DNA of 60,830 nt, filler included, from Stramenopiles sp. TOSAG23-3 (taxonomy: Eukaryota): NCBI GenBank assembly GCA_900128585.1. It is 6 parts of 6 records of this genome, joined end to end, with 100 filler letters (N's around TTAATTAATTAA, not from the genome) between each part and the next. Parts side by side here need not be neighbours in the genome. Positions count along the whole stretch, not along the records: positions 1 to 18,300 come from LT642431.1; positions 18,401 to 36,600 come from LT642432.1; 4 more parts are not named here. One strand, 5' to 3'. This document shows positions 10,490-21,400 of the stretch, piece by piece. Both the position numbers and the translations under genes were made by a program. A model generated the notes under the pieces. That model made no database searches. It saw only the letters and a program-made list of their open reading frames with translations, and was not told the DNA's origin. How positions within the stretch are numbered: the stretch's first letter is position 1; each line of letters begins with the position of its first letter.

Positions 10490-11436
10490 CAGGCAGACTC
10501 GTTTACTCTATCTAAGCGATGGGTTGCTTTATTCCTGTCTATTAATGCGCCCAACACACTCCTCAATACTTCCCCAAAAACAGCGCGTCAAAACAGTTAA
10601 CGAGTAAAGAATCAGCTGTAACAATTGCACATCTACTCTATTTCTTTTGAACAGAGGAAACAAACTATCTCTAACTCGTCTCAACCAATATTCTCGTTCA
10701 TATTAACATTCTTACTTCCCCTTTCTTGCTTGAGACCTGAGAACTTCGAGAAACAGAAGAAGTAGTAATAAAATGATGGAGGTAGGACTAATAATAAATA
10801 AAAATAGTCCGTCTAATATAGTAACCGTACCGACCGTAGTACGAAATAGCAACACAACAAGCACAATTTTGTTCTTGTTGCTTGTTTTAGTCTAGTCTAC
10901 TAATTTTATATTTTTTACTGTGCATGTGATAATAGCATAGGAATAGCAAGTAGTTCTTGGAGAGATGAAATTTTTTAACAATAACGGATCAACAAAGAAG
11001 ACGACAAAATGGAAGAAGAAGAAATGAACACATCTTCTTCTTCTCCTCTCTGCTCCACCATTGTGTGTTCTTATTTTATTGTTATTATTGGATAAAATAA
11101 AAAATCATCTCATTATGTATTCTCATTGAATTTATTAGACGACTCTCTATTAGGAATTCTTCCCAAAAAATAAAAAATATATTTTTTATTTTTTTTTTTT
11201 AGAAAACTTTTTTTTTTTTTTAAATATCATCATCCTCATCATCCCCGCCGTCGTCGATCGCGATCCATCAAACTAATATCATCATTCATTTCATCATTTT
11301 ATCAAACTTCGTGGAATGATTATTAATCCCATGGTGATTCTTATAAAACTGATTGTTTAATGTGATTGTACCGAACAAGTAAGTTTCGCAGCCAATTTAG
11401 TTGCCATCCAGTCAAAGCGAAGCGTATACGAAAGGA

Positions 11437-12633
11437 ATGGCCTCGAGTGTAGCTGGGGGTGGCGCTTTGGCGCCGGGTGAAGACAACGCCTCCGTTGGTT
11501 TGGGGGCAAAGGGGAAACTTACCATTAAAGCTGTTACGTGGAATGCCCACGGGAAAACTCCAAAACAAATGGGCGTAGACGAAAATCTTGCCAAAATATT
11601 TCAGACCGAAACGAAACCAGATATTTTTGTCGTCTCTTTGCAAGAAATTGTGCCCTTGGACGTGGACCACATTTTTTTTGACCTTGCTGGAGACATCGAC
11701 GCCAAACGTATCGAGTGGACAGCAAAAATTGCTAAGGCTGTTAACGAAGGTTTGCCAGCAGAAAAACAGTACTTGGTTTCCAGCACCCGTGCCGTCGTTG
11801 GTACCTACCTGCTCGTTTTGGTAAAGTCGCTGCATAAAGCGCACGTGTCTATCCGCGAAGATCTAGATATCAATTTGCAACTGGCTTTTTTTGGTTTGCT
11901 GTCTTTTGGAAATAAAGCCGCGGCTCTGCACCGCCTCAAAATTTATGGATGTACCTTTTGTTTTGTCAGTGTTCACCTGGCTGCGCATAGGCCAAACGTG
12001 AACGGGCGAATTGAACATGTTAATTACATAATTCAAGAAACTCGCTTTGCACAGTCCCAACCAGTACGCTTGGAGGAGCATGACTTTGGATTCTTTCTTG
12101 GAGACACCAATTTTCGAATTCTGGAAACGCTGGGCGCGGAAGAGGGCTACAGCCTTGCCAACGAAGGCAGGTACTCGGATTTGAGCAAGCATGACCAACT
12201 GCATGATTTACAAAAGAAGAGGATTATTTTGAGCAATTGGAAGGAGGGGGAGTTGAATTTTAAACCTAGCTATAAACTAGACCTAAAGGCAAAAGCGAAG
12301 GGGTCGTACAAAGTAGCAGAGAATAACCTGGAGAAGTATGTGCCTGCATGGACGGACCGGATACTGTATAGGAGCAAGCACGTCGACCAGTGCGTTAGTG
12401 TTCAACAATACACTTCCGTCGAATTAGACACACCCGTCTCCGACCATTACCCTGTTGTGGGTGTTTTCGAAATTGATGTGCAACAGTATTTAAATATCAA
12501 GAAACTGGATCAAGAAGCATTAGCGAAGTTCCCGGGAACGAGTGCCTCGGATTCTTTTGCGGAAGAAGGCTACACTGGAGGCGTGTTCTGGTGCGGCGGA
12601 AAACGAAGCTCCCCTGGGAAGCTCTGGAAATGA
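11437..12633 (+). CDS. Inositol polyphosphate 5-phosphatase
   Basis: TWN, DIFVVSLQEIV, GNKAA, HLAAH, GDTNFR, PAWTDRILY and SDHYPV motifs. Confidence 0.93.
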   Translation: MASSVAGGGALAPGEDNASVGLGAKGKLTIKAVTWNAHGKTPKQMGVDENLAKIFQTETKPDIFVVSLQEIVPLDVDHIFFDLAGDIDAKRIEWTAKIAKAVNEGLPAEKQYLVSSTRAVVGTYLLVLVKSLHKAHVSIREDLDINLQLAFFGLLSFGNKAAALHRLKIYGCTFCFVSVHLAAHRPNVNGRIEHVNYIIQETRFAQSQPVRLEEHDFGFFLGDTNFRILETLGAEEGYSLANEGRYSDLSKHDQLHDLQKKRIILSNWKEGELNFKPSYKLDLKAKAKGSYKVAENNLEKYVPAWTDRILYRSKHVDQCVSVQQYTSVELDTPVSDHYPVVGVFEIDVQQYLNIKKLDQEALAKFPGTSASDSFAEEGYTGGVFWCGGKRSSPGKLWK

Positions 12634-12899
12634 ACTATGAAAAAAAACAACGTTATATAGTATGTTTTAATACGATCAAAAAAGAAAAAAGAAGGTAAAC
12701 CGTTCAAGAACCCGAACTCCTCCTTGTTCCAGAATGCGAAAAAATATTCTGATATGTCAAACTATCATAAGATTGTTTGAGACAGCGGCTGTTATTGTTT
12801 TGTAGATGCCTGGATATGTAAAAAAACAAATTATATTTGCCTGGATATGTTCAGTGTTTTAGGTATGATATGATATCAAAAAACAAATTATCATATCAT

Positions 12900-13082
12900 A
12901 AACAAGAAAATTGGCTGTTATTTAAGTGATTAAAATTAATGTACTGCGAACTGAAATCTAGATTTAGACATTCTAGGTTTGCATTCCTTCATGAACTGCG
13001 AACATATAAACCTAAAAGTACAATATAGGGTATGAGGAAGCTAAATTTAATTACTTAAATAACTGTCAATTTTCTTGTTTTT
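12900..13082. mobile_element. MITE-like element with ~35-bp terminal inverted repeats (same repeat family)
   Basis: Left aaacaagaaaattggctgttatttaagtgattaaa; right end reverse-complements to aaacaagaaaattgacagttatttaagtaattaaa. Non-coding, ~180 bp, TA next to both ends. No transposase in the window. Confidence 0.6.
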
Positions 13083-13345
13083 ATCGTAAATTCTTAACTT
13101 GCGAGTGATGCACACACCACACAATTACTTCTCCTAAGAATTCTTTAAAAAAAATAAAATCTTATCAAATACAACTAAAAATAATCCAAACAAATAATAA
13201 GTACAAGAATCTCTTCTGTTTTTGTGTTTTTTCGTAATTAACCCGAAACGTGTTTTAATCGTTTCCCTCTCTCTCCTCCGTAATAAATTACTTCTTCGTA
13301 CAGTTACAGCATCTCTCAAGTAGAATGCGAAGAGCGATAACTTAC

Positions 13346-14704
13346 TCAAACGCCGGCTTCTTTGTTGCACATCTCATCCAGCATATTCACGCACATAAAC
13401 AAGGCGCGAGGAACGTGGAAGCATCCTTTGTACGGTCCACCCTTGAACGTCTGCGTAACTTCCCCTTGCCTATTGCAGTAGCCGTACCATTCGCCTCCTC
13501 GATCATTGTCTTTAAAATGCTCGATAGTGTATTTTGCTACCATGACGAAGCGGTCCCATAGTTTCTCGTCCCTGGTGATGTAGTAGCCCATACAGAAAGC
13601 AATCAAAGCCTCTGTGTGGGGCCACCACAATTTCATGTCCCATTCCAACTCCATTGGTGAGTACTTTTCACTGCAATCCAAAAAGTAAAATATCCCCCCA
13701 TGCTCCTTGTCCCAGCCGTAATCAAGGGCCCAGCATGCAATGTCTCTTCCAAGGGTCAAAGTCTCTTCTTTCCAGGCCTCGTCACGAACAATGCGTTGGG
13801 AAAATTGCATCAAGAACCAGCCGGCTTCAATGACGTGCCCTGGGTTTATGACACGCCCGGCGGAACCCTCTAGTTCTTCCCCGTCTTCTGCGCCGACTGT
13901 CTCCAGAACCCTTAAAATGGACTTTCCGTCGTCGGTATATTTAATGTGTTTTTTTATTTCCTTTATGCACCACCGCTCCTTTTGGTTGCAGATGTCGAGT
14001 AACGCGACGTCCTCATCGCCAGACAACAATCGCAATGGGGCAGCGTCGTTCTCATCAGGGTCACCAACCATTCCACGGATCTCATTGCACATGTTCAAAA
14101 GAATCATGGGAACCGCCAAGGACGAGGTGGCAGGCTGGCCTTTTCCATACTTCGAGCCTAACAGCCACGGTGTTTCAAACCATGTCAATATCAGCCGGAA
14201 CAGGTCCGTCGCGAGACGATAGAACACCCCAGCTTCTTCCTGTTGGCTGTTGGGCATTACGCGCGCAAGCTCTGCTAGGCCCATGCAGTAAAAGCATGCA
14301 CCCCAAGGCTTTCGTTGCATTTGGACTGGGGAACCGTCCTTTCCTAGCAGGAACCAAACCTGGCCATCTTCTTTTCGAACAGCGTGCTTTTGCAAAAATC
14401 GGGCCCCCAGCAGTGCCGAGTTCAAAACTTTGGTTTTGGACAGGACCCCCGACGCGTGCTCGCGAAGAAAAGTGTCGTCGACGCTCTCGGCCCCGTATAT
14501 TTTTGCCAGCATCCAAACCTGCCTCCCTTGCAGCCATACGTATTTACCAAAATCGAAGAGGCTCCCATCTTCGTGGATGCAATTGTAATACCCACCGTTT
14601 TCTTCGTCCAACGAGTGTTTAATCCACCAGGGCAAAACTTCAGAGTAAAGTTCACCCCGCAATTTGTTCAGCCAATACCGTGGGCTTTCTGGAGTGTCTG
14701 CCAT
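13346..14704 (-). CDS. RENBP: N-acylglucosamine 2-epimerase (AGE / renin-binding protein family)
   Basis: KYVWLQGRQVW, SLAVPMILLN, PGHVIEAGWF, KLWWPHTEA and KGGPYKGCFHVPR motifs. Confidence 0.93.
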   Translation of the reverse strand: MADTPESPRYWLNKLRGELYSEVLPWWIKHSLDEENGGYYNCIHEDGSLFDFGKYVWLQGRQVWMLAKIYGAESVDDTFLREHASGVLSKTKVLNSALLGARFLQKHAVRKEDGQVWFLLGKDGSPVQMQRKPWGACFYCMGLAELARVMPNSQQEEAGVFYRLATDLFRLILTWFETPWLLGSKYGKGQPATSSLAVPMILLNMCNEIRGMVGDPDENDAAPLRLLSGDEDVALLDICNQKERWCIKEIKKHIKYTDDGKSILRVLETVGAEDGEELEGSAGRVINPGHVIEAGWFLMQFSQRIVRDEAWKEETLTLGRDIACWALDYGWDKEHGGIFYFLDCSEKYSPMELEWDMKLWWPHTEALIAFCMGYYITRDEKLWDRFVMVAKYTIEHFKDNDRGGEWYGYCNRQGEVTQTFKGGPYKGCFHVPRALFMCVNMLDEMCNKEAGV

Positions 14705-15501
14705 TGTTGATAGGTATACCAGAGAACCGTCCGTTCAATTCAATCCAATCCAATGGTAACTTTTCAAACCTTTTTTCGTTATCACTCTCTAGCCTTTTCC
14801 AGACACGTATAAACATTCAATCTTTACAAGCAACTAATTAACTACTCTTCCAATTTCCACTTGACTAAATCTACACAAATTGCTCATACTATTTATTATA
14901 CACAAATTATTATTATCGTATTATCATCATCATCATTTCCTTCTTCTTCTTAGCTCGTAGATAGCTTTCTCTATTATTTTTTTTCCCTACCATTGATTTC
15001 TTCTGTTATTTGTTGCGCTGAAATTATATATTTTTTAATTTTTATTTGTAGTTGTATATAATTAGTATATATTTCATCTTCTATGTATATTATTATTTCA
15101 TACTTTATAATATATGTAAGTATACTCCATCATTCCTATTAAATATTATAACTCCTCATTAGCCGCCGTCGGAGGAGCGTCGGAGACGAAAAAAAAGAGA
15201 AAAAGACTCTTCTTCTTCTTTCTTCTTCCTTTCAACTTTTCATCATATCTTCTTCTTCTCAACAACAAACAAACATCTCTCCTGAAATAATAATTCCATC
15301 AATCAATCAATTTATTGGGAAGTGTTGTTTTCTTGTTTTGACATCTTCTTATGAATGATTTATGCAGCAATATGCAAATTCTTTTATGCAAGGGCGTTTT
15401 CTGAGCACTTAAAAATTAGCGTAAAGCGTCAATAGATTCTGTAAAATCATTTTGGCGCACACTTGCTGTTGTCAATTTTGAGATTACTGCTGCGGCACAA
15501 T

Positions 15502-15858
15502 ATGAACTCTCCGTCCGCTCGCCAGGGACCTGCGAGAGCACCAGAGCGAGGGTCGTTTCCACTTGATCACGGCGGGACGTGTAAGCCCCAAATGATCGAA
15601 TTTCAGAAGTGTATGAAGCAGCATAAAGGTGGTCATGCAAAGTGCAGAAGCTTTTCAAAAACTTATTTAGCGTGTAGAATGGACAACGAGCTGATGGCAC
15701 GAGACGACTTCAAAAATCTTGGGTTTACTAAAACTGCGGAGGAGGCGGCTTTGAAGGTGCACAGAGAAAATGGTGAACGCAACCGAAAGAAAGAAAACAA
15801 GGGTTTCGTAGCGGGGTTGACGGTAAGAGGCGAGAAATTAGTGGGGGAAGAAACATAA
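15502..15858 (+). CDS. COX19: Cytochrome c oxidase assembly protein COX19 (twin CX9C)
   Basis: PERGSFPLDH..C, twin CX9C, YLACRMDNELM and LGF motifs. Confidence 0.93.
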   Translation: MNSPSARQGPARAPERGSFPLDHGGTCKPQMIEFQKCMKQHKGGHAKCRSFSKTYLACRMDNELMARDDFKNLGFTKTAEEAALKVHRENGERNRKKENKGFVAGLTVRGEKLVGEET

Positions 15859-15992
15859 CCGTAATTTTTGTAACTCTTGGAGATCTTCGTAGTAAGACAC
15901 ACCAGATTCAGACTCCTTCATTTTACAATCGTAAGTTTAATAAATCTGATCTTATCTTATTTTTAGATTTAGATGAGCTAAATTAATATATC

Positions 15993-16102
15993 TAAAAAAC
16001 AAGAAAATTGGCTGTTATTTAAAAAAACAAATTATATATTGGCTGTTATTTAAAAGTAATTATTAAAATTTGTCCAAATAACAGCATATATTTTGGTTTT
16101 TA
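15993..16102. repeat. Cluster of AAAACAAGAAAATTGGCTGTTATTT family copies
   Basis: Two direct ttggctgttatttaa copies and one degenerate inverted copy (aaataacagc...ttggttttt). Confidence 0.8.
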
Positions 16103-16136
16103 AGCGTGTCAGCATCTTCACCTTTATCATCGAAAC

Positions 16137-17927
16137 TCAATGCCCCTGGGGTGGGGTACTTTCCACCTGTCGAAAAGAAAGTATCGCCCTCTGAAACAAC
16201 GGGTGTCTATTCAATTCATATTTGCAGACACTTGCAGAGGATGGAGAAGTGGCCAAGCGCATCCCTCCCATCGATCCCGCCAATTCTTCTCGAAGCGATT
16301 CCACAGCCTCCGCGTACTCGTCCCGTTGCGAGCAAACCTCAGCTAATTTTGCACGAAAGGCATTTTCAAAGCTGCGAATCGCTGACTTATGCTCCACCCG
16401 CAACAGGTCTAGCTGGCGCCTTAACGCCCCCTTTTGGTCCTGAAAATCTTCGTTCAAGTTCTCCAATGCTTGCTCTAGCGCACTCGTAGTTTCAGAGGAC
16501 TCTCTCATGTGCTCGTGATATCGTTGTTGCACCTCCCGTTTCGTGTTCTTTTCCAGGGTCAGCGCTTTATCCGCCTCTTTCAATTCGAACTCGATCCGGT
16601 TAAATTTCACACGGTCGGTCTCCATGGCGCACTGAAGCTCTGAGACTTCGTTTCGCTTGGCTTCTAATTCGTTCTTAAGAGCGATCATTTTTTCTGTCTC
16701 CATCTGTCTATCGTAGTGCTCCAGTAGCTTGTTTCGCATTTCTTTATTTTCGGAATGCAGCTGTTCTTTCTGCTTCAACGCCCTGTTCAATTTTCGATCG
16801 CATGCCTTCCATTGCTTTTTATACCCTTCCAGATCGTCGATAGTCTCTCGCAAACAGGCGTTTTCAGTTTCCACGCTTTCACATTTTTGTAGTCTTGATC
16901 TAAGCTCAGATATTTCATCGTTTTGCTGTTCAATCACCGACGCCAGTTCATGTTGCACCTTAATAGAATGTTCATAGTTCTTGGTCTTCGTTTGAGACAC
17001 CCGCTGCTCGTTAGCGACTTTCTGCTCCAACTCATCTATGAGCTTGCGCTGCGTTTTTATTTTCAACACCAAGTTCTGCGGTGGGGAACGCTTCCCGTAT
17101 GGTGTCTTCGCAGCTGTCTGGAAAAACTTTTGGGGCGTCATCATTATTGACTCCTCCCCCGCTTCTATAAGGCTATGCTTCTGTCGACGGCGCGGCTGAA
17201 AGTGTCTTTGTGGCACTGTATGGTTACACGACGTGCGCCGGTTGTTGTCCGTGTTCCTGTTGTTTTCCGAAGACTCCCCTTCCCGCTCGCCCCTGCACTC
17301 TGGCATTTTCCCTGTTCCCTCATCACTGCCCTCTTCATCACTGGCGTACCTGTCCCTGTAATCATGTTTCGGCGGTGATTTGTACGGACTGACTACCGCG
17401 GCTTCAAAAATGGTTGGTATGTAATTTCGCTGTATTGCTATCATAAGCATGTGCTGCGTTTCTTGCCGAAGTTCCATAATCTTGTTGACGTAGTGTTCAC
17501 GGTCGTTCCCGTGAACGGCAATGCTAAGCATTACTTCCAACGCTATTCTGACCCGCGAATCTATATTTGCAGCATCGTATTCATCAATCACGGTGGGCAA
17601 ACCTTCGTAGGCATGTGCTAAATAATTCCTGATGTGCCCCCAATTCGACGTCAGCGTGTACATGACAGAGCTCAAGACTCCGCCGGTGCTCATTCCCTCT
17701 TCTACGTCCAACTCCGTTTGCGATAGAACAAATCGAAGGGCCAACAGAAGCAGCTTGCCATCCTTTAAATCTTTAAAAGTAACGCGACCCCTTCCAATAG
17801 GAGAGTTAGAACCAGAGTCTTTGCAAAACTGCCCACGATGCTGCTTCATTCGCGGGATAAGTTGAGCCCCAAACCAGCAGACAAGGGCGTCGTCAAAAGT
17901 AGACTTGGACCCAGCGGGTTTATCCAT
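16137..17927 (-). CDS. Hook-family-like protein (N-terminal Hook/CH domain plus long coiled coil)
   Basis: FKDLKDGKLL, NWGHIRNYL..Y and LSIAVHGNDREHYVNKIMELRQETQHMLMIAIQ match Hook N-terminal domain features. Heptad-rich C-terminal half. Confidence 0.75.
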   Translation of the reverse strand: MDKPAGSKSTFDDALVCWFGAQLIPRMKQHRGQFCKDSGSNSPIGRGRVTFKDLKDGKLLLLALRFVLSQTELDVEEGMSTGGVLSSVMYTLTSNWGHIRNYLAHAYEGLPTVIDEYDAANIDSRVRIALEVMLSIAVHGNDREHYVNKIMELRQETQHMLMIAIQRNYIPTIFEAAVVSPYKSPPKHDYRDRYASDEEGSDEGTGKMPECRGEREGESSENNRNTDNNRRTSCNHTVPQRHFQPRRRQKHSLIEAGEESIMMTPQKFFQTAAKTPYGKRSPPQNLVLKIKTQRKLIDELEQKVANEQRVSQTKTKNYEHSIKVQHELASVIEQQNDEISELRSRLQKCESVETENACLRETIDDLEGYKKQWKACDRKLNRALKQKEQLHSENKEMRNKLLEHYDRQMETEKMIALKNELEAKRNEVSELQCAMETDRVKFNRIEFELKEADKALTLEKNTKREVQQRYHEHMRESSETTSALEQALENLNEDFQDQKGALRRQLDLLRVEHKSAIRSFENAFRAKLAEVCSQRDEYAEAVESLREELAGSMGGMRLATSPSSASVCKYELNRHPLFQRAILSFRQVESTPPQGH

Positions 17928-18300
17928 ATTGCCCCAAGCCTCTTAAACCAAAAGTTGCAGTAGACCACTGGTCAGTTTGTATTCAAATCGTTCGGTGTGA
18001 AATATTCGGTCCCTTTTCCCAATTTATTCATCCAACTTCTGTAAGAAAGAAAGGAATATCTTCGCCTTGTTGATAACCAATTATATTCGTCAAGTCGTAC
18101 AATTGTCTCAGTCGGCTAGAAGAAAGAAAAAAACACTCTCACTCCAACAAACAAATTTGGTGGTAATGCTGGTACGTTACCGGTAGTACTTCCAACATCA
18201 AACAACAGAAATTTATTATTACTAATTCTAGAAATATTTCCTACGCAAAGCCGGAAATGAGAGGTATGATAAGTATTTATATAGGTAAAGTGAGAGGCTA

Positions 18301-18400
18301 NNNNNNNNNNNNNNNNNNNNNNNNNNNNNNNNNNNNNNNNNNNNTTAATTAATTAANNNNNNNNNNNNNNNNNNNNNNNNNNNNNNNNNNNNNNNNNNNN
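18301..18400. other. Artificial contig linker
   Basis: N44-TTAATTAATTAA-N44 (stops in all six frames). Confidence 0.98.
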
Positions 18401-18401
18401 G

Positions 18402-21400
18402 GCCAATCAAGCAGTAGAGTACGGTGTACTTTTCGATGGGCCAAGCATTGGATCGCAGTTTGAGATAACCCGAATATCCATAAATAAAATGGAAGCAGGA
18501 TCGTATGGGTGTGCTGCACAACACCTTCAACAACGGTGTATGCTATTTAACAAATGCGAGTTCCCTTCTGCGGGACTGCCAAAATCGTCCGCCGCAAATG
18601 ATAAAAATAAACTTAGTTTATGCCTGCTGCGAAATGGTTGGAAGAACTCGAGTCAACTAGCTCAGCTTCAGCTAAGTGATATGAGAGATCTGCTGGTTTC
18701 GCACTTACTTGCATTTGGAGAAAATGTTGTGGAAAATGACGAAAGCATAAATACACTTATCTCTATGTGTCCAAGCATGGTCGGGGCTAAGCTGTATTCC
18801 TCGAAGACAAATACAATCGTTCGATCTACTAACGGGGCCGGAGCCTTCCCTAATGACCTTCTTCAATTGCATCTGCATGACCATTTCACCATTGAAACCT
18901 CTTCTGGTGTTCTCTTTGATAGCCCAACCACAGAAACGATGTGGACTCGGCTTTCGCCCGGTGTCTTTAGGGGGGTTAACGTCTCGGCATGCGCTATTGT
19001 TGAGATATCCATTAGTGCACACGATGGGTCTGTTGTATCCTGGTATGTTCGCCCTGTTCAACCCATTTCCGGGTACCCCACAAAACGTTATGGGCATACA
19101 AATGGGTTCTACCCTAGTGGAAAATTAAGCGTGACTCACAAATACTGTTTGCCGCATGGAACATACCGGTTCGTAGCCCTCTCTACATCAGGAATTGGCT
19201 GGAGTTCTAAAGGGTTTTACGGTGTTACGTGCCGTAAATTTGCCCATCTTGGTGGGCAAATTTTGCTCCCAGAGTCGCCATTAATATCAACATTCAATCA
19301 GGATTTAACGTTTTCAACTGCAGTTTGCCATCGAAGTCCCACTTATTTGTATGGAGTTCGAAGTCCTGAAGGGAAATGGCAGCATGTAGATTGGGAAGTC
19401 AAACGGGTGATTGATGCGAGCGGCGTCTTTGATGGTATCTTAGTGGAAGAAGACGTTTACCATAAAGACAAGGGGGTAAATCATCTTGTGATTTCTCCGA
19501 GTGTCCCATCTTCGTTTGTTCGAAGTAAAGATCCCCCTCTTATGTTCGCTTCGGATGGTTTCGTAGTAATGGATGTAGAAACCCTTGCAAATGAAATGGA
19601 CTTTGTAGCCATATTAGACGTAGACGTAGAGTCGGCGGCTATGGTTGTTGGCGGAGAGGACCATAGAATATTTGACTACAACGCATCCCTAAAACAGCAC
19701 GAAGAAGAAGTAGGATACAATCATGGGGGAATCCAGTTAATGAGATCTGTGCTTAGTAAAGCCGAAGCAACGTTTGCCGTAGCAATGACTCAAGGGGATT
19801 TTGTAACCCCAGTCATTGCAGCATTTGATAACTGTGCTGTGGTACTATCAGGAAAGCGGGTAGGGATAAATATAGACACAGAATCATGGGTCCAAAACGA
19901 GGTGCCTTTCCATGTAGAAGAAACGTTTTTATCTGGGATCATATGGTCGTCTTATGATTCTAATAATTCACTGTGTAGTTCCAAAGTGGCTGCCCCAACA
20001 TTGCTGACAATAGAAATTTCGCCTACAGACCCCAGTGCAAATACGGCAGTGTTGGCTTGGACGCCTGGGGACAGTAAATGCACGGACAATGGACTCATAT
20101 TCTTGCGATGGGAAGTACAAATGGGTACGTCTCCGTACGATAATTTTGTTACAGTTCCTGGCTGCGATACGGCCGATCGGTACACAACTTTAGAGTGCAC
20201 AACAACAGAACTTATCAGAGATTCGTATGTTGCTTTCAGGGTACGAGAAAGATGTAATCTGGAACTGGCGTCAGGTATTTGGAAGCGTGTTTATAGGCAA
20301 ACCTTCAGCCCGCGGGCAGGTAGCCCTACTTCATTTCTTGCTGAACCATATGGCCATCAATCAATGTATCTCTCATGGGTGCCTTCGACAACCTCTTGCG
20401 CCAGTGCTGCATCTGTGTTTCAGAGATGGGAAATTAACATTGGTGTAGTCGGTGAGGAAAATAGCTTCTTGGGACCAAGTGGTTGCACTTGCCTAACGAA
20501 CCGCAGCTTTTCTTCATGCAATGCCGTGAACTTGCAATCAGAAACCCAGTATTCTTTTCAAGTACGAGAAGTGTGTATGACGGATGATGAGATTGCCGCG
20601 CCGTTTAGGTCAGGCATTTTCGTAACAACAATTACCGCCCAAACCTTGTCGGGGCGCGCTTCCCCACCAGAAATATTTTTCGGTGAAACCAATGTTTCTT
20701 CGACATTTATCGATGTAAGATGGGTACCTAATTCTATTGGCTGTGTCGAAGCTGGTTCCTCTTTCTCCCGTTGGATTGTTGAGTATTTAGACATCTCCAT
20801 TCCTGGAACTGTATATCTTCCTGCTTCCAACTGTGCGTCAAGTAATTTACCCCGGACAGCCGGAAATGAGTGCATATTGGCTGGGTTGCAGCCCCACCAT
20901 TCATACATTGTAAAGATAAGAGAAATGTGCACTGATTCGACACGGGCCAGTGCCCCCCAATATTCAGATGCGCATGCTACCTGGGGCTCTTCGGCCGGTA
21001 GGCCGATTGAATTACGGTCTGGATCAGCAGCTAGACCATCTGACGGTGTTGTTTCAGTGACTGGAATACATCGCATTTCGACGGGCATACTTCGCTTAGA
21101 AATAAGTTCTGTACATGATTTTAAAAAAGGGGACACAGTGGCATTAGAGGGTATTACATCAAACAGAAGTGTTGCCATTGATAAAGTGTCAGAGATTGTT
21201 GTCACCTCCTTATGCCTTCAATCGTCAGACCTTCAGCATGTGAGCGATTCAAAAGTTGTGTTAAATGCGGAGTTTTGTGATGAAGATGCATTTAAAAGGT
21301 GCGTTATCCTCCCTGTGGCTTCCACATACCCAACTGCAGAACAAATTTTTGCGGGTCTAGATTCTAGTGGCGTAAATGCGTCGTTTCGATCAAATTTACA

